From assembly GCF_025526975.1 (NCBI RefSeq), contig NW_026515668.1, positions 1,364,001 to 1,428,000 of the forward strand: a DNA stretch of 64,000 nt. Reading direction: 5' to 3'. Position numbers and translations under genes: made by a program. This document shows, piece by piece, positions 24,244 through 38,699 of this stretch. The number at the start of each line of letters is the position of its first letter. Positions within the stretch are counted from its first letter, which is position 1. Source of the stretch: Fimicolochytrium jonesii (lineage: Eukaryota). Under the pieces are notes generated by a model. The model saw nothing but the letters and a program-made list of their open reading frames with translations, made no database searches and was not told the origin of the DNA.

Positions 24244-25529
24244 ATGAAGCGACTAGCAGCGTTCACCGACTTACGCCTCTGGGCACGCGCCGTTCCGCTC
24301 TCCAAGCCAATATGCTTTGCACGCTCGAAGCATTCCACGACCGCTGCGTCCGCCGTGGCGTTTGATATGGACGGAGTTTTGATGCGTGGAGGGAAAGCCA
24401 TCCCTGGGGCCCGTAAAGCTTTGGAGAGATTGCAAGGGGACAACCCAAAGAATAAGTGGGTACCTTTTTCGTGTGACTGGCGGGTGTCGCGACACGCCCT
24501 CTAATATATCATATCTCAGGGTTATCCCGTTTATAGTGCTCACCAACTCGGGTGGCGAGCTAGAGGCCGAGAAAGCTCGAAAGCTCAGCAATATTTTGGG
24601 AATAGAGGTGAGGGTTCCTCGCTGGGCGAGCGCTGAGGGGAACTGAATCGTCTGACCGGCTCCTCTGGAAAGGTGAAAGACAAACAAGTGCTCGTCTCGC
24701 ATTCACCTATGCGGGAGTTAGTTCCGGACTATAAAGACAAGCTTGTTCATGTCGTGGGGCCAACGCACTGTAAAAACGTAGCGCATTCCTATGGGTTCCG
24801 CCGCGTGATTACAAGCCATGAGCTAAGGAATTGGAATCGATCTATGTGGCCATTTGAAGTCATTGGTGACCATCTCAGCTCGGCAGAGGTATGCTCTCTG
24901 GACGTCCATCATTGTCGGCATGGGTGGGGACTAACTTTCACTCTTTGCAGGCAACCCCATTCGATTTGAACGTCGAGCCCATAAGCGCGGTCATGATCAT
25001 GCATGATTCAACAGATTGGGGACTCGATATCCAATTGATCACTGATTCATTGATGTCCGAGAGTGGAATGCTGGGCACCCGGCAAGATGCACAACGGGGA
25101 GCGATCAAACAGGGCGTCCCCGTGTTCAGTTCGAATCCGGATTTCTTGTGGAGCAACGATTGGCCGTTACCACGATTCGGACAGGGCGCTTTCGTGAGAG
25201 CATTAGACGGAGTGTGGAGACAACTCAGCGGCAACCCACTGAATATCGCAAAGCAATATGGGAAACCAAGCGCGGCCACGTACGACTACGCAAAACACCT
25301 CCTGAGCCAGGAAATACCTGGTTCACTTGAGAGGGTTTACATGGTAGGCGACAACCCGAAATCTGACATTGCCGGGGCAAATGCCAATGGGTGGGTTGGG
25401 GTGCTGGTGGAAAGCGGCGTATATCGGAAGGGAGATTCTTTGCTGGAGAGCGAGAAACCGAAGATAATAACTCGGGATGTCTTGGACGCTGTAGATTGGA
25501 TCTTGCAAAACGATGAGGCCTACGATTAA
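24244..25529 (+). CDS. HAD-superfamily IIA hydrolase, CECR5/HDHD5-like, probable mitochondrial presequence
   Basis: AFDMDGVL, IPFIVLTNSGG, SHSPM, DWGLDIQLITD, SNPDFLW..PRFGQGAF, YGKP, YMVGDNPKSDIAGAN. Arg-rich N-terminus; three introns. Confidence 0.93.
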
Positions 25530-25662
25530 GTTTTAGAATACATAGAAAGGCGTCTTTTCTAACGCGTCCATGGCCTTTCACTCGCGAGCTCGTCTTTCCC
25601 ATTGCAACATTCCCGCCAGCTATCAACACATCTGAGCGTTAACAAGCCATAGAGACTACCAA

Positions 25663-26661
25663 ATGCGAACCCGGGAAGCAGGCTTTCTTGTAGTCAAGCA
25701 TGTGAGTTGATTCAGCTGTCCATGAGATTCGGAATGCTTTGCCACTTTGTTCTAATTTCCATTTTCTAGGCCCGTTTTACGGTGACGGCGGCGGTGGCCT
25801 GTACAGTGGTCTATACACGATCTCCTCACGTGGTTTGGTGCACTGTTGGCGGCCTCAGCTGTAGCGTCCTTGGTAAGTTGTAGAATGTCAGAGCCTCTTC
25901 CGACGCCGGACCCCGGCATGCTGAGCTGTACTCTACCGCCAACACCGCGTGGCGACCGAAACTGACCAAAGCTTCCCTTCCTCCTCGTAGCTCGCGTCTT
26001 GAAACACATAATCAAGCAACCACGACCGACCACGGTCGTTGAGGTTCAAACAACGCAAAAGCCGGTTTCGGAGATTGAACAAGCTCTACTCAGAACGACG
26101 ACTGAGACAGCGGTTGCAGCAGGAGAGGATGTAGTCATAGTGAAACAGATCGGAGCTGATGGAGGTCGGACCGACAGCGATGCGAGTGACTCCGACGCTG
26201 GAGACGAGGGATCGAAGGAAGCGGCTGGAAGTACGACGGTGAAGAAGCTTGATCCAACTCGTAAACACAAGTTTTCCAAACGGCTGCTCGTAAAGCGGGT
26301 ATTTTCATCATCGACCCATGGAATGCCGTCAAGTCACACGCAGGTCACCTCCTTCTTCGCTGCGTACGCAACCTTCGCCGTCCTCGCCCCTATCATATGG
26401 CCGCACGAGGCACATGACGTCGGGAGTGCTCTGGCGCCAACATCCGGCCCATCTCTGTTTGCCATCGCCTTTGTCCTTTTCATCAATAGCTTTTGCTGGA
26501 CGACAGCTTGGTCGCGAATCCACCTGAATCGGCATACACCCGCACAGGTTGCTGTGGGTTGGTTGGTGGGAACATCTTATGCTGGACTTTGGTACTGGGC
26601 TTGGATAGGCGATATTGAGGAGAAAATGGTTGGAATCTTTCAATCGATCGGCCTGCTATAG
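25663..26661 (+). CDS. PAP2-family lipid phosphatase, dolichyl-pyrophosphate phosphatase (Cax4/DOLPP1)-like
   Basis: C1 KHIIKQPRP, C2 GMPSSH, C3 SRIHLNRHTPAQVAVG and TM helices. Two introns at about 25702-25769 and 25873-25990. Confidence 0.88.
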
Positions 26662-27131
26662 TGGCGTCACGGCGTAGACCTGAGATCAAGGCTTTGCTCT
26701 ATAATCTTCGAATCTCTGTCATGTGCGAGCGCAAATGTAAAGGCATCGCTTGTATCGTACACGCATGCCGGCAAGGTGGCGGAAACTTGTTCAAGAAGAG
26801 ACGCTAAGGGCCACTGAGGCTCGGGTTGGCAAATACCAAGAAAAAGAAGACAGATCCTTGATCATACTCACAAAGCAACATCGTCTCAGACTTTGGTAGC
26901 ACCAGGAAGCCCCCTCAAACCGATTCTGCGAGCCTTACTTTTCGTATACGTGACATGACAACTCCTTACCGAAACTCCCGACGCCAATTTCGAGAACGAA
27001 AGCGAAGGTGGTGAATTGGTGAATTCGAATGTGATGTAGAAAAATTCATGCAGAAATAAATAATGAGAGGCAGTATATACAAGTGGAGGTGTGGATCTTT
27101 ATGCGTCGATGAAGCTCGGTAGACCTACATA

Positions 27132-27244
27132 CAGTCAGTGGACAAAAAGCTGTCTCTCCTCGAGATTAAAATCAGTGTCGCTTGGGCATGTCCTGATGAG
27201 AGCTAACAGCGACAGCAATCAGAAGGAGAGACAGCTTTTTGTCC
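27132..27244. mobile_element. Putative Tc1/mariner-derived MITE (non-autonomous inverted-repeat element)
   Basis: Perfect 21-bp inverted repeat ggacaaaaagctgtctctcct (27140-27160) / aggagagacagctttttgtcc (27224-27244). The left end reads TA|CAGTCAGTGGACAAAAAG. Confidence 0.6.
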
Positions 27245-27304
27245 TACATAGTACGTAGGTTACATACAGTACATACAAGGAAAAAGGCTGGAGACGGAAA
27301 CTCA

Positions 27305-27388
27305 GAGTCAGGCGCGCTGTCGAGTTTCTTGGACGCGTGTTTGCTGGAGATGATCAAAACCGATCGCCTTCATCCATCTCGCTGACTC
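27305..27388. promoter_or_regulatory. Two TGACTC cores (possible Gcn4/CpcA sites) upstream of homocitrate synthase
   Basis: GAGTCA at 27305-27310 and TGACTC at 27383-27388; TATAAA near 27665; pyrimidine-rich leader. Hexamers alone are weak evidence. Confidence 0.3.
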
Positions 27389-27965
27389 CGACACGATGCA
27401 TCTCCCCCTCAAAAGACCCCCCGCAGTCTCTTGTATAACGCTCCGACGGCATATTGATCTCCCGAGGAGGACAACGTGGATTGATAAATGTGCGGATACC
27501 AGACCCGTTTCTCCAATGCTACAGATATAATTTGCGGTGTCTTGGATGCCCGTGCGTTATGAATGTCCCTTTCTCCCCCATGAGCTTGTGCGTCAGACCC
27601 TTGAGGGCTTTTTTTTTCGCGGGGAGATGCGACGTCCCACACCGAGGTCACCGCCACTGCCAAATATAAAGTGAACAAAAACATTCTCACCCGCCCTCTC
27701 CAGCTTCCTATTTCAGACTTCACTTGCTGAGCTTCAACTTCCAGTTTCTTCGAGTTTCTTACACGTGCCCCCTACCACTCGGCTCCCAATAGAAAGACCT
27801 TCGAGCTATCGTCTTTTATCTAGTTCGCAGACAGGCCACCACCCTCCATCTGTCCGTAGCGTTCTTTCAGAGCTCTCGGAAAGAAACTGCACTTCTACTT
27901 GAACTCCTCACGCAAAACCCACCAGCCTCGCATATTCATATTCTCAGCGTCTACACACATATACC

Positions 27966-29587
<1,622 letters not shown>

Positions 29588-30234
29588 GGGGTGATTGGCA
29601 TCGGCGCAGGTTCCAGTTGTCTTTTTGGCGTTCGTATCTTGTCAATTGGACCTCGCGGCGGAGACATCTTGATGCATGCCCCTAGTTATCCCCATGTACC
29701 TTGTCGTCATCCTCTGCGGGACTTCTGTTACGAATCTTTAGCCCGCTATATCCCATGTCTTAGATTCTATGGGATTCATTCGCAACACGAGCTATATCAT
29801 CCTCCTGTAGTCTCCCTAAGTGTGGGACGACCTTTCTTGTACATTACAAATTGCATTTCTCACAATATTGTCGTGGGTTAGGTTATTTAACTTATGCTGT
29901 TGCACATCTAGTCCGAAATACCTGCGTTCTTTGGAGCTCAGGCGTTCTTTGCTGGCTTAAAATCGCTCAGAAGCTGACGGACGAAGGGCATGACCGTTAT
30001 GAAACTCTAATGAGATGTAGCCGTCGCAAAGGACATGCGCAACACTCCCAAAACAGCTTTCTGCCCAATCTCCAATCTTTCCAACATCCAGGGCTGAAAC
30101 GTCAGAACAGAGCACGATTCAAAATTGCACAAGAAATCATTATTATGTACAGACACAGATGACGAATAGTTCTATAGAGGCTCAACATACATATACATCA
30201 CAAAGGTATCGAGAGCCAAGGACCAGCTGCCTCT

Positions 30235-32858
30235 TCACGCATCTCGGCTCCCCAACGACCTCGCATGGTGCAATTTGACAATTGCCACAGAGCTCTCGCA
30301 CTCCGTGTCCATATAGTTGCGGATCTCCGGTTCATAGGCCAAGGTCGAGTGTCCGACAACGATCAAGTCCTTGCGCCCGAACTGAGACGCGCGAGCAATG
30401 ACCACCGAACTGAGAGACTTGTGGGAAGCGGCCGACGTGGTGTCCAATGGCTCGCCGTAAGTCTCCACGATTATGTTGGCGCTGACGGACCTGAAGTGTT
30501 CGAGGACCAGCTCGTCTTCTTCACTGTCGGTCATAGATATAGGCGATGCGGGCCCGTCCACGTCGATCTTGGTGGCTTCGTCAGGGTCGCGTTTGCCCGC
30601 TTTGCCCCGCATGTCGAGGATGGTGATGGACAAGCCTGGATGCGATGCGAGGTATGCTACGAAGCGAAGGGCCTCACGTTCATCGGATCGACCGGAGAAA
30701 GGTACGAAGATACGCTGGTTTTGTCCTGGGACCGTGACTTCGGGCCCGATCTCGGGGCTGGAGGACACGCCAAAGCCGCGATCCACAAAGACGGCGACAC
30801 TGCAAGGTGCTTCTTCGATCGAGTCCTTGATAAACTTGTCGTTCAAACACGAATCCTTGTTGTTGAAGTTCGATTGTTGCCATGGGAGAATGATCAAACG
30901 GACGCCTCCGGATTCGCTCGTGTCGCGGATGTTGCGGGCAAAGTCTTCGCTTGAGGAAACGTTCACGAGGGTATGCACGCTGACGTGGTTGAGCTGACCG
31001 AATGTTCTGAAGACGTTGATCACGGGATCGGCACGCATCGTTTCGCCTTGGTTAGATGCCATGAGGTATGTTGACGTCCGCTCAGTGAGCTTGATCAACC
31101 GAAGGGCAAAGATCGACAAGTGCGACTGTGTGCTTCTGCACATCGCTGTGATGTTCATCATCGCCGGCACCGTTTGCATGTTGGGTAAGCAGACCATGAT
31201 GTTGGTGCTAGTGTCGCCGCCCACAAGAAGATCGCCGGAGCTTCCCTTCTCCATTTCTTTACCGCCATGAGAGGCAATCGACAAGATGTGGTGGTCGCGG
31301 GACTCTTTTGGCCAATGCTTGGCAGGGTACAACCAGCTCACAATGGGTGTGGTCATGCACGTGGTGGCAACAGCCATGAGAACGAAGATGGTGAAGATCT
31401 TTGGGTTGATGACTCCGGCTTCGAGACCGAGGTTGAGGACAATCAGTTCAACGAGACTAGAAAAAGAGTTGGGGGTAAGTTACTATGACTTGACTCCCTG
31501 TGCGCCTCAATAAATCACATGAACATACCCTTTGGTGTTCATGAGGAATCCGACCGTCAAAGACTCGCGCCAGCCGAAACCGGTCATACGAGCAGCGGCA
31601 GTGCATCCGATGATCTTGCCTCCGCAAGCAACCAAGATGACCAGGAAGACATAGCCCCACGCAGAACCGTCGTCCAAGGTGAACACGTTCACGCTCAAAC
31701 CGCTGTAGGCAAAGTACTATTGAAAAACGTAGAGTGAGTGACGAGCTCGAGACTGGAGTGGTCAGAAAGAAGGAGCATACCAAAGGGAGGAGCAGAATAG
31801 TGACAAAATCTTCTATCTTCTCGGTCAGTTTGATGGCAAAGCCGTGATCGTGTGGCGTGATCAACCCCACGAGGAAACCGCCAAAGATGGCGTGCACCCC
31901 AACGGCTTGTGTGAAAAACGAACTTATCAGGATAAGGACGAAGATGACCAGGAGGGAAGTGGGCGAAACGCCTTCGGAAGAGCTTCTCCGGCGAACCATC
32001 TTGAGCAGCTGAGGGCGTACAGCCACGAACAAGAAGACCGCCCAGGCAATCGTAATGAGGAAAACGTACACGGCCCGGATGGCGTCGCTAGGATTGTTGA
32101 TGAGGGCGACCGTGAGAATCAAGAGGCACCAAGCGACAGCATCGTCCACCGCCGCGGAGGCCAAGGTGATTTGACCAACAGGCAGACGCAGGATCTTGGT
32201 CTCATTGAGAATACGGGCAAGGACAGGGAAAGCTGTGATCGCAGGCAATCAGCTTACTAGTCTTTCCCGCTCAAATTCTTGGCCACGTTTTGATATTCGC
32301 ACAACATACCAGTGATGGACATGCAGACTCCTAGAAAGACAAAGAACGCATAGAAAGGCACGGATTCGTCGGACAGGGTGGTGTAGATCAACTTGCTAAC
32401 ACCTGCACCAGCAGCAAAAGGAAGGATGATCCCAGAGAGCGAAATGGATGCTGACTGCCGAGCTTTCTTGATCAGAGTGGTGGGATCCAGCTCGAGCCCG
32501 ACAAGAAAGAGGAAGAAGATAAGCGCAAAGTTGGCGACTAGACTAAGCCTGGGCAGGGAGTCCTAGGAACAGAGAACGAGTAAGTCACCATGAACAAGAA
32601 TACGTCTCGAAACCTGACGCCTGGTCGTACCTTGGGAAAAACGTTGTCCTTGAAAGCCGGCCATCTCGACAGCGCAGAAGGGCCCAAGAGGATCCCGCCA
32701 ATGACTTCCGCGATAACTTGAGGCTGGTTGAGGTATCGGAAGCCAACCGCCAGGAACCTCGACAGACAGATGATAACCAACGATTGCACCAAGAACAGAG
32801 CGAGGTTGTCGGTCAAGGGGTTTTGACCCGCCACAAAGGTTGTAGTAGAGCCAGCCAT
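30235..32858 (-). CDS. KHA1: K+/H+ antiporter (CPA2, Kha1/CHX family)
   Basis: QPQVIAEVIGGILLGPS, FLFLVGLELD, ITAFPVLARIL, AAVDDAVAW, GVHAIFGGFLVG, GFLMNTKGLVELIVLN, plus a CHX-type C-terminal domain (APCSVAVFVDRGFG). Four introns. Confidence 0.93.
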
Positions 32859-33684
32859 CGTTGACTGTTGAGGGATAGGCTTGAGAAAAGGAGGTGCAAG
32901 AGGCTCTGATCTTGACTAGAAGGGTGGAAGACCAGAAACTTTCCCAGGGGGCGGGCAGGATATGGAGCTAGACGATTTATACGAGAGAGGTCTTTGTGCC
33001 CTTCCTGCAGCTATATGTTAGTTATGCCGTTTGCCTTCAATAACAGCGTGGGGAAAACGAGACTGGGTTATCGGCGGCCAGCGAACGTACATACAGTAAA
33101 TACGCAGGAGTGTGGAGGGATGTGAAACTACCATCAGCGAGTCGGTGAGCGTTTCTTCTGGCGCGGCTCATCGGCGTCTCAAAAATTTAGAGTGACCCAC
33201 AGTCCGATCCAAAACTGCGCGGAGAGCCCCTCCGGGAGCTGCGCCCAGGCCCCCCTTCCACGTTCCAGGGGTCAGAGGCAAGTAGAATACCGGCGATGAG
33301 ATGTCGTTGTCTGAACTCAACTGCATTTAGAACTCGCGAAGATCTTCACAAGGAGGCGGACCGAGACCTTGGTGATGTGCATTATGGATCCGCCAAGGCA
33401 CTTGGCACTGACTTGGCATTGCCTGAGTGAGCATGTGCCCGCAACTGTCAAAAGGGAAACTTCGATGAAGCGAGTGACGGGCTCCACTCGACGCGGTCGT
33501 GAGGGCGCATGGGGTGAGGTTGGGCTGCTCTCACCTGCGGGTTAAATGGTTCTGTGACATCGATTATTCCAACAGTCCTCCACCACAGATATGGACGAGT
33601 TTCTCCCCACCACAAAGAATGACATATATTACGATGGTCAGCCTTCCCGTACAAAAAATGTCGAGTAGCATCAAGACAAGTTCG

Positions 33685-36600
33685 TCATGTGTCTAAAGTC
33701 TCAGTACTCAGGTACCTGTCCACATAGCTTCCCGTCCCTTGCAGGGAATCATCATCCCAGTACTCCTTCAACGCCAACAGAATATCAGGTTCTATTCTAT
33801 CATGCCGTTGCGTGGCTAGCGGTTCGTTCAGCGATGGTTGGGACTCGCGCGGTATTTGGTCGGCGTTTTGTAATGGTGGGATGGAGGAGAAGGAGGATGA
33901 GAGGGAGCGGGTATGTGTGTGCACGCGCGGGGAGGCGGCGGAGATGGAGGACATTGTCCGGCGGTGGAGCTGGTGCAGGGTGCCTGTGCTTGATAGCTCG
34001 TCATCCTGCGCGCTGCTGGTACGCGTTTGGACCGTCAGCGGTGGAGGCGTCTGTTTTGGTATTGACTCGGCGCTACCCGTGTAGTATGACCCGCCTCCGG
34101 TCCCGGTGCCTAGCTCATCGTACGAGCTTTGCATCGAGTCTCCCATGCTTTCGGTCGAGAGGGAGAGACCTGTGCTGGTATTCACACCGTCTCGTTCGCG
34201 TTGCTGCTTTTGCAGAGAGGCTCGTTCAACCCATCCCCGGAAATCGTAGCCTAGAGGGTCCTCGACGTCCGTGAACGGTTCGGAAAGTAGATCTGTAGCC
34301 GTGGGTCGCTTTTCGGGATCGATGATGAAGCACTTCTCAATGAAGCTCTTGGAAGCCGGCGATAACGAGGGAGGTAAAGGCGGCGCATTCCCCGTCCCTA
34401 GGAGATAAATGACGTTGCCGCGCGCTTTATGCCATGGCGTTTGATTCGTGAGCATCTCGAGAACCAGACATCCGAGAGACCAAATGTCGACCTTGGCGCT
34501 GTAGCCTTTGGCTTTATTGAGGCGGGCGACTTCAGGGGCCATCCATGGTATAGAACCTTGCATTGACATGCGGGTGACGCGGTGGTAGGCTTCTCGGTAT
34601 TCATTCTTCTTCGATATGCCGAAATCAGAGATTTTCGTTACTCCGTCGGTGTCGACGAGGACTGGCAAGATGAGGAATGTCAGGTCCAATGCGCGATAGA
34701 ACTTCCACAACTTTGCAACAGCTACTTACTGTTAGCTCCTTTGATGTCCCGATGTATGATGCTCTTCTCATGCAGGTATTCCAGCCCACACAAGATCTGC
34801 GCAGACATACACTGCACCAGCTCCTCATCAAAGGCGCCGTACTTATTCAGGCAACTAGCCACACTTCCACCGGAAATGTACTCCAGGAACACATTGAAAG
34901 ACGCATCTGTGACTTCACTTCCGAGATACCGCACAATATGCTCGTGTTCAAGCTCTTTCAAGAAATCAATCTCCCGCCGCAATGCGTCTTCCCGCTTCTG
35001 CTGTCCACCGTCACCGCTATTCTTCCTCGTTTCCTCGAATACGGCCCGCTCCACTTGTTTGACAGCCATCAGCTCCCCAGTGTCTAGATTCAGACCGATG
35101 AAGACTTTGCCGAAAGCGCCCTGCCCAATTTGCTTGCCCAGTTCGCAGCGGATGGTGGCCGACCGTCGCTTGTTCGCTATTGACGTTTCGAGCTGTGGTG
35201 GCGTACTTGGTGAGGCGGAGGATTGCGAGGAGAGCTGATAAAGCCTTTCGGGCGAGCCTGGGAGTGGTTTATTCCGTCCCACCGGTGTCTCTTCTTTGTC
35301 TGTATCTGTTTCAACATCGGGAGTGCCGTAGTTTTCGTCCGACGGTCTCAGATACGATAAGCTGTCCAGAACTTCGTCATGCCATGTGGAGCCCAGGAGG
35401 TTCTCATCGAACTCCTCATCAGCCGGAATCTGTGCTGGTCCATTCGCCACACGCGATTCTGGCTTTGATCTCGATTCGTAGGAATCATCTTCCTCCTCAA
35501 TGACCGCCGGGTCCTTCCGTTGAGGCGAGCCCGCCGTCTCACTCAGCATACTTGAATGTGGGCCTTGATTCTCGCTCTGATATTTGCCGAGCACATCGCT
35601 GCCTCTCCGAGCGTAGTAAGCCGACCCTCGATGTGCAACTTTCGATATCCGCTTGTTAAGCATAGCTGCATGCACTCTACGCTTCAAGGTATCTTTGCTA
35701 GCTTCTCGCCGTGGCGGCACAATCAACGGCGCCCCAGCTGCCGTTGTTATGGATGGAGGTTGGGAATACGCAGCTGCCACGGAGGTGCTAGCCGGTGATC
35801 CACCGGGCAAAGTAACGGTCTTTTTGGCAATCCCAGGGAAGAACTGCTCAAGTTGATCGACAATAAGCTCGTCTGGCGGGCGCTCCCCGAAGAAGTCTGC
35901 GAGCTTCTTGCTTCGTTGTTGACCCGTGGCGGGTTCTGGCGGTGGTGGCGTTGTGACGATGGGAGAACCCCTGAGTTGTTGGAGTACTGCTTCGGGCCCA
36001 CGGCGGATCGAGCCGACGGGTGAGGCTGTGACGGGACTTGGTGTTGATTTTTGCGAGTCTCTGAAGAACCGCCTGACGGATGGACGGCCCTTGATTTGCG
36101 GAGAGCCGATGGTCTCGTTCCCGCTTCGACTCGCCACACTCGACCCCGCACTGCCCGTGAGACGAGTTTCCATCAGAGTCTTCAGCGTCCCATTGTAAGA
36201 GCTCGTGGATCGAAGACGTAACCGATTTTTGATCGCTGCATCTGCTGCGTCCCGGGATTTGCATAGCCGGAGCAGTTCTTCATCTTTCAAGGGACCTGAT
36301 TGAAAGCACAGTGAGTCAACCGGGATTCAATGAGCGAGAAATCTGAGACCCTCGCTTACCCTCCCCAGTAAGATCTGCATCTGGCGCGTAGATCGCATAT
36401 CCGTCCCGCTCCTTCGAATCCTTGATTCCAAACTTGTTGAAGATCCGATTTTTTATGGCTGCAATGTCGGGAAGATCGGCTACTTGTATTATGTGGGATT
36501 GCTCCTCAATACCCTCTACCCTGATGCATTTCTGTAATACAAATATATTTGAAGTTTTGCGGCGGATCTGATCCCAAACCATGTTTTGAGCGCCTTACCG

Positions 36601-37812
36601 CAAGGATGCCTTCCACAGTCATTACACCCTTGCTCCTATCCAAAGTCCCGGTTGAGCTATTCGCCGAGTTGGCGATTGGTATGGCAGGCATTTCCTTGGA
36701 TTGCTTAACCAAAGATGTCAGATCTGAGCCAGACGTGTTTGTAAGCTGTTCAACGCCCTACATACCTTTTTGCGTAAACTGCCGAACGCTCCTCCATCTT
36801 TGGACATCTTTTTTTCATCATCGGAATTGAAGAGTCCTAGTTTCATGCTGAAAAGACCGTTCGGTGATGTTTGTTGTGTGGCTCGAGAGTCCGCGCGGTC
36901 GTTTGCCAACCCAGCGCTGTCGCCTCGCCTGGCGCTTGGAGGTGTGGATGGAGCATGCGGTACTCGGTCGGCTGAGGAGGGTTTGCCGAGCGTTGGATGG
37001 GGGTTGATTATCAGAGGTGACGGGTTCACTCTCTCTATTGCTAATGCAGCTCCCGTAAGAGAGCCTTTCCGCAGTGGGATACGACCGGCAATGTCTTGGA
37101 TCAACTCTGGAACAGTGTAAGCGTTTTTCGCTGTCCCCGTTGGCGAGATGATGCCGAACCCTGAATTCGAGGGGCTTCTCCGCAGCGTTCCCGTTCCCTG
37201 CGAAGAATCCGTAGCCGGTGGGGACCGCGCGAGCGTATGCGATGCATATCCCGCATCTGTGGACGGGACATGATTTACCATTTGTGGACTGTGTTCCGCC
37301 GTGCGATCCAACGTCGACGATGGCTGACGATCCCAAGTATAAGCGGATCCTGCAGATGAGGTCAATGACGGAGGAGCCGACGCCGGTGGAGGTGAGAAAG
37401 CGCTGGAAGACCCGGTTTGTACGCCTATAGACCGGACGCGGGAGAAGTCCTTCTTGATAGCCTGCAGGATCCTCGCTCTCTCCCCAACTGACATCACCCC
37501 AATCTCCTTCAGGGTCTCATAGTCCAGAGCTGTTATCACATCACCTGTGATGTTATGTGCGGCAAATGCCGAAGCGAAGCGCTCAAAGCCAATCGCTGCC
37601 AGCCATTGTCCCACGCGTCGCTCAGACCATTCTTCAGGCGGACCGCTGGGACTTCCGTCCCAAGACACGTCGGGTAGCGGTGGTAAAGGTCTATTTGGCG
37701 CAGGCGAGACTGCGGAGTCGCTGGCTCCTCGCAGCAATGTCCCTGAGCCTTGCTGTGTCGACAGCGCTCCGGGGGGAGGACCTCGATGGGGATGCACAAT
37801 TTGAGACTGCAT
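33685..37812 (-). CDS. MAP kinase kinase kinase (Ste11/Bck1 group) with SAM and Ras-association-like domains
   Basis: SAM (WSERRVGQWL..LKEIGVMSVGERARIL), RA-like exon (IKNRIFNKFGI), FFGERPPDELI, IGQGAFGKV..ELMAVKQVE, HRDIKGAN, ISDFGISKK, WMAPE. Confidence 0.92.
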
Positions 37813-38699
37813 GGCGTACAGCCCAAACCACAGAGACGAGAGCTAAGAACTGCGACAGCTATAGAAAGTAAGAAGATAGGGAGACCGAGTACAAGAGCGG
37901 CGCTGACTGTCCAGTTTGTTCCACTCCCGGATCTGAGCTCCCAGAATTCAGCGGGATTGCAGTCAGTTTGAAAAGCCCGAATGCACACACTAATACGCCA
38001 TTAGTGGCGCGCGCCCAAGCATGCAGTGACCATATACCACTCATACCGGTTATTGCAGGGAGTGACTCATCACTATGACATTCACGCGTTCATTGTTGGA
38101 TTGTTCGCAAGGGGCACCCATGCGCATTGTCCTCCGAAACGGGAAAAGCCCCTGGGCAAATACACCAAAACCAAGATGTGCGTTCGGATAGAAGAGTTCA
38201 ATCCGGCCACAATCGGAAAGCTTAAGTACAGTACACGTCTTAACGGACTGCACACAGTATAAGGTTTGACTGGCGCGTCCGGATGCATAGATCGCAGGCA
38301 GTGGATGGTTACCCTGAGAAGGATGCATTGTCCTGGGAAACTTCAGAGACAGGCCCTGGGAAAATGCACTTACACTCTGCCGCAACTTCATATTTCTTGT
38401 GTACAACACAAGTTACTTCCCGACAAAGTCGGTCAGCAAGCCGAGAAGCTAAGTTTAAGCGAACTGGCTGTACCGGGTGAGTTTGTATTGCGCGTCCGAC
38501 TGGATAGATGGCAGTGGATGGTTGTATAGTGAGGGGTTCATGCGTGGGACTTTCTCACAGACCGATGACGGCGGCCAGATGAGCTGATCCTTGGAATTCA
38601 AAGGTACGTGCTGTCTTAAAGAAATTTTGGCCGACTAGGAGCAGAACTGTGACAAGCTGCTTTCAGCGGTAACCTTTCGTCCCTCCACGGGCCGTGTCT

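Noticed and set aside
27193..27225. CTGATGA core suggesting a hammerhead ribozyme, C/D snoRNA or SECIS within the hairpin
   Set aside because: GACA rather than GAAA follows the short stem, there is no downstream CTGA D box, and the helix is too short for a SECIS.
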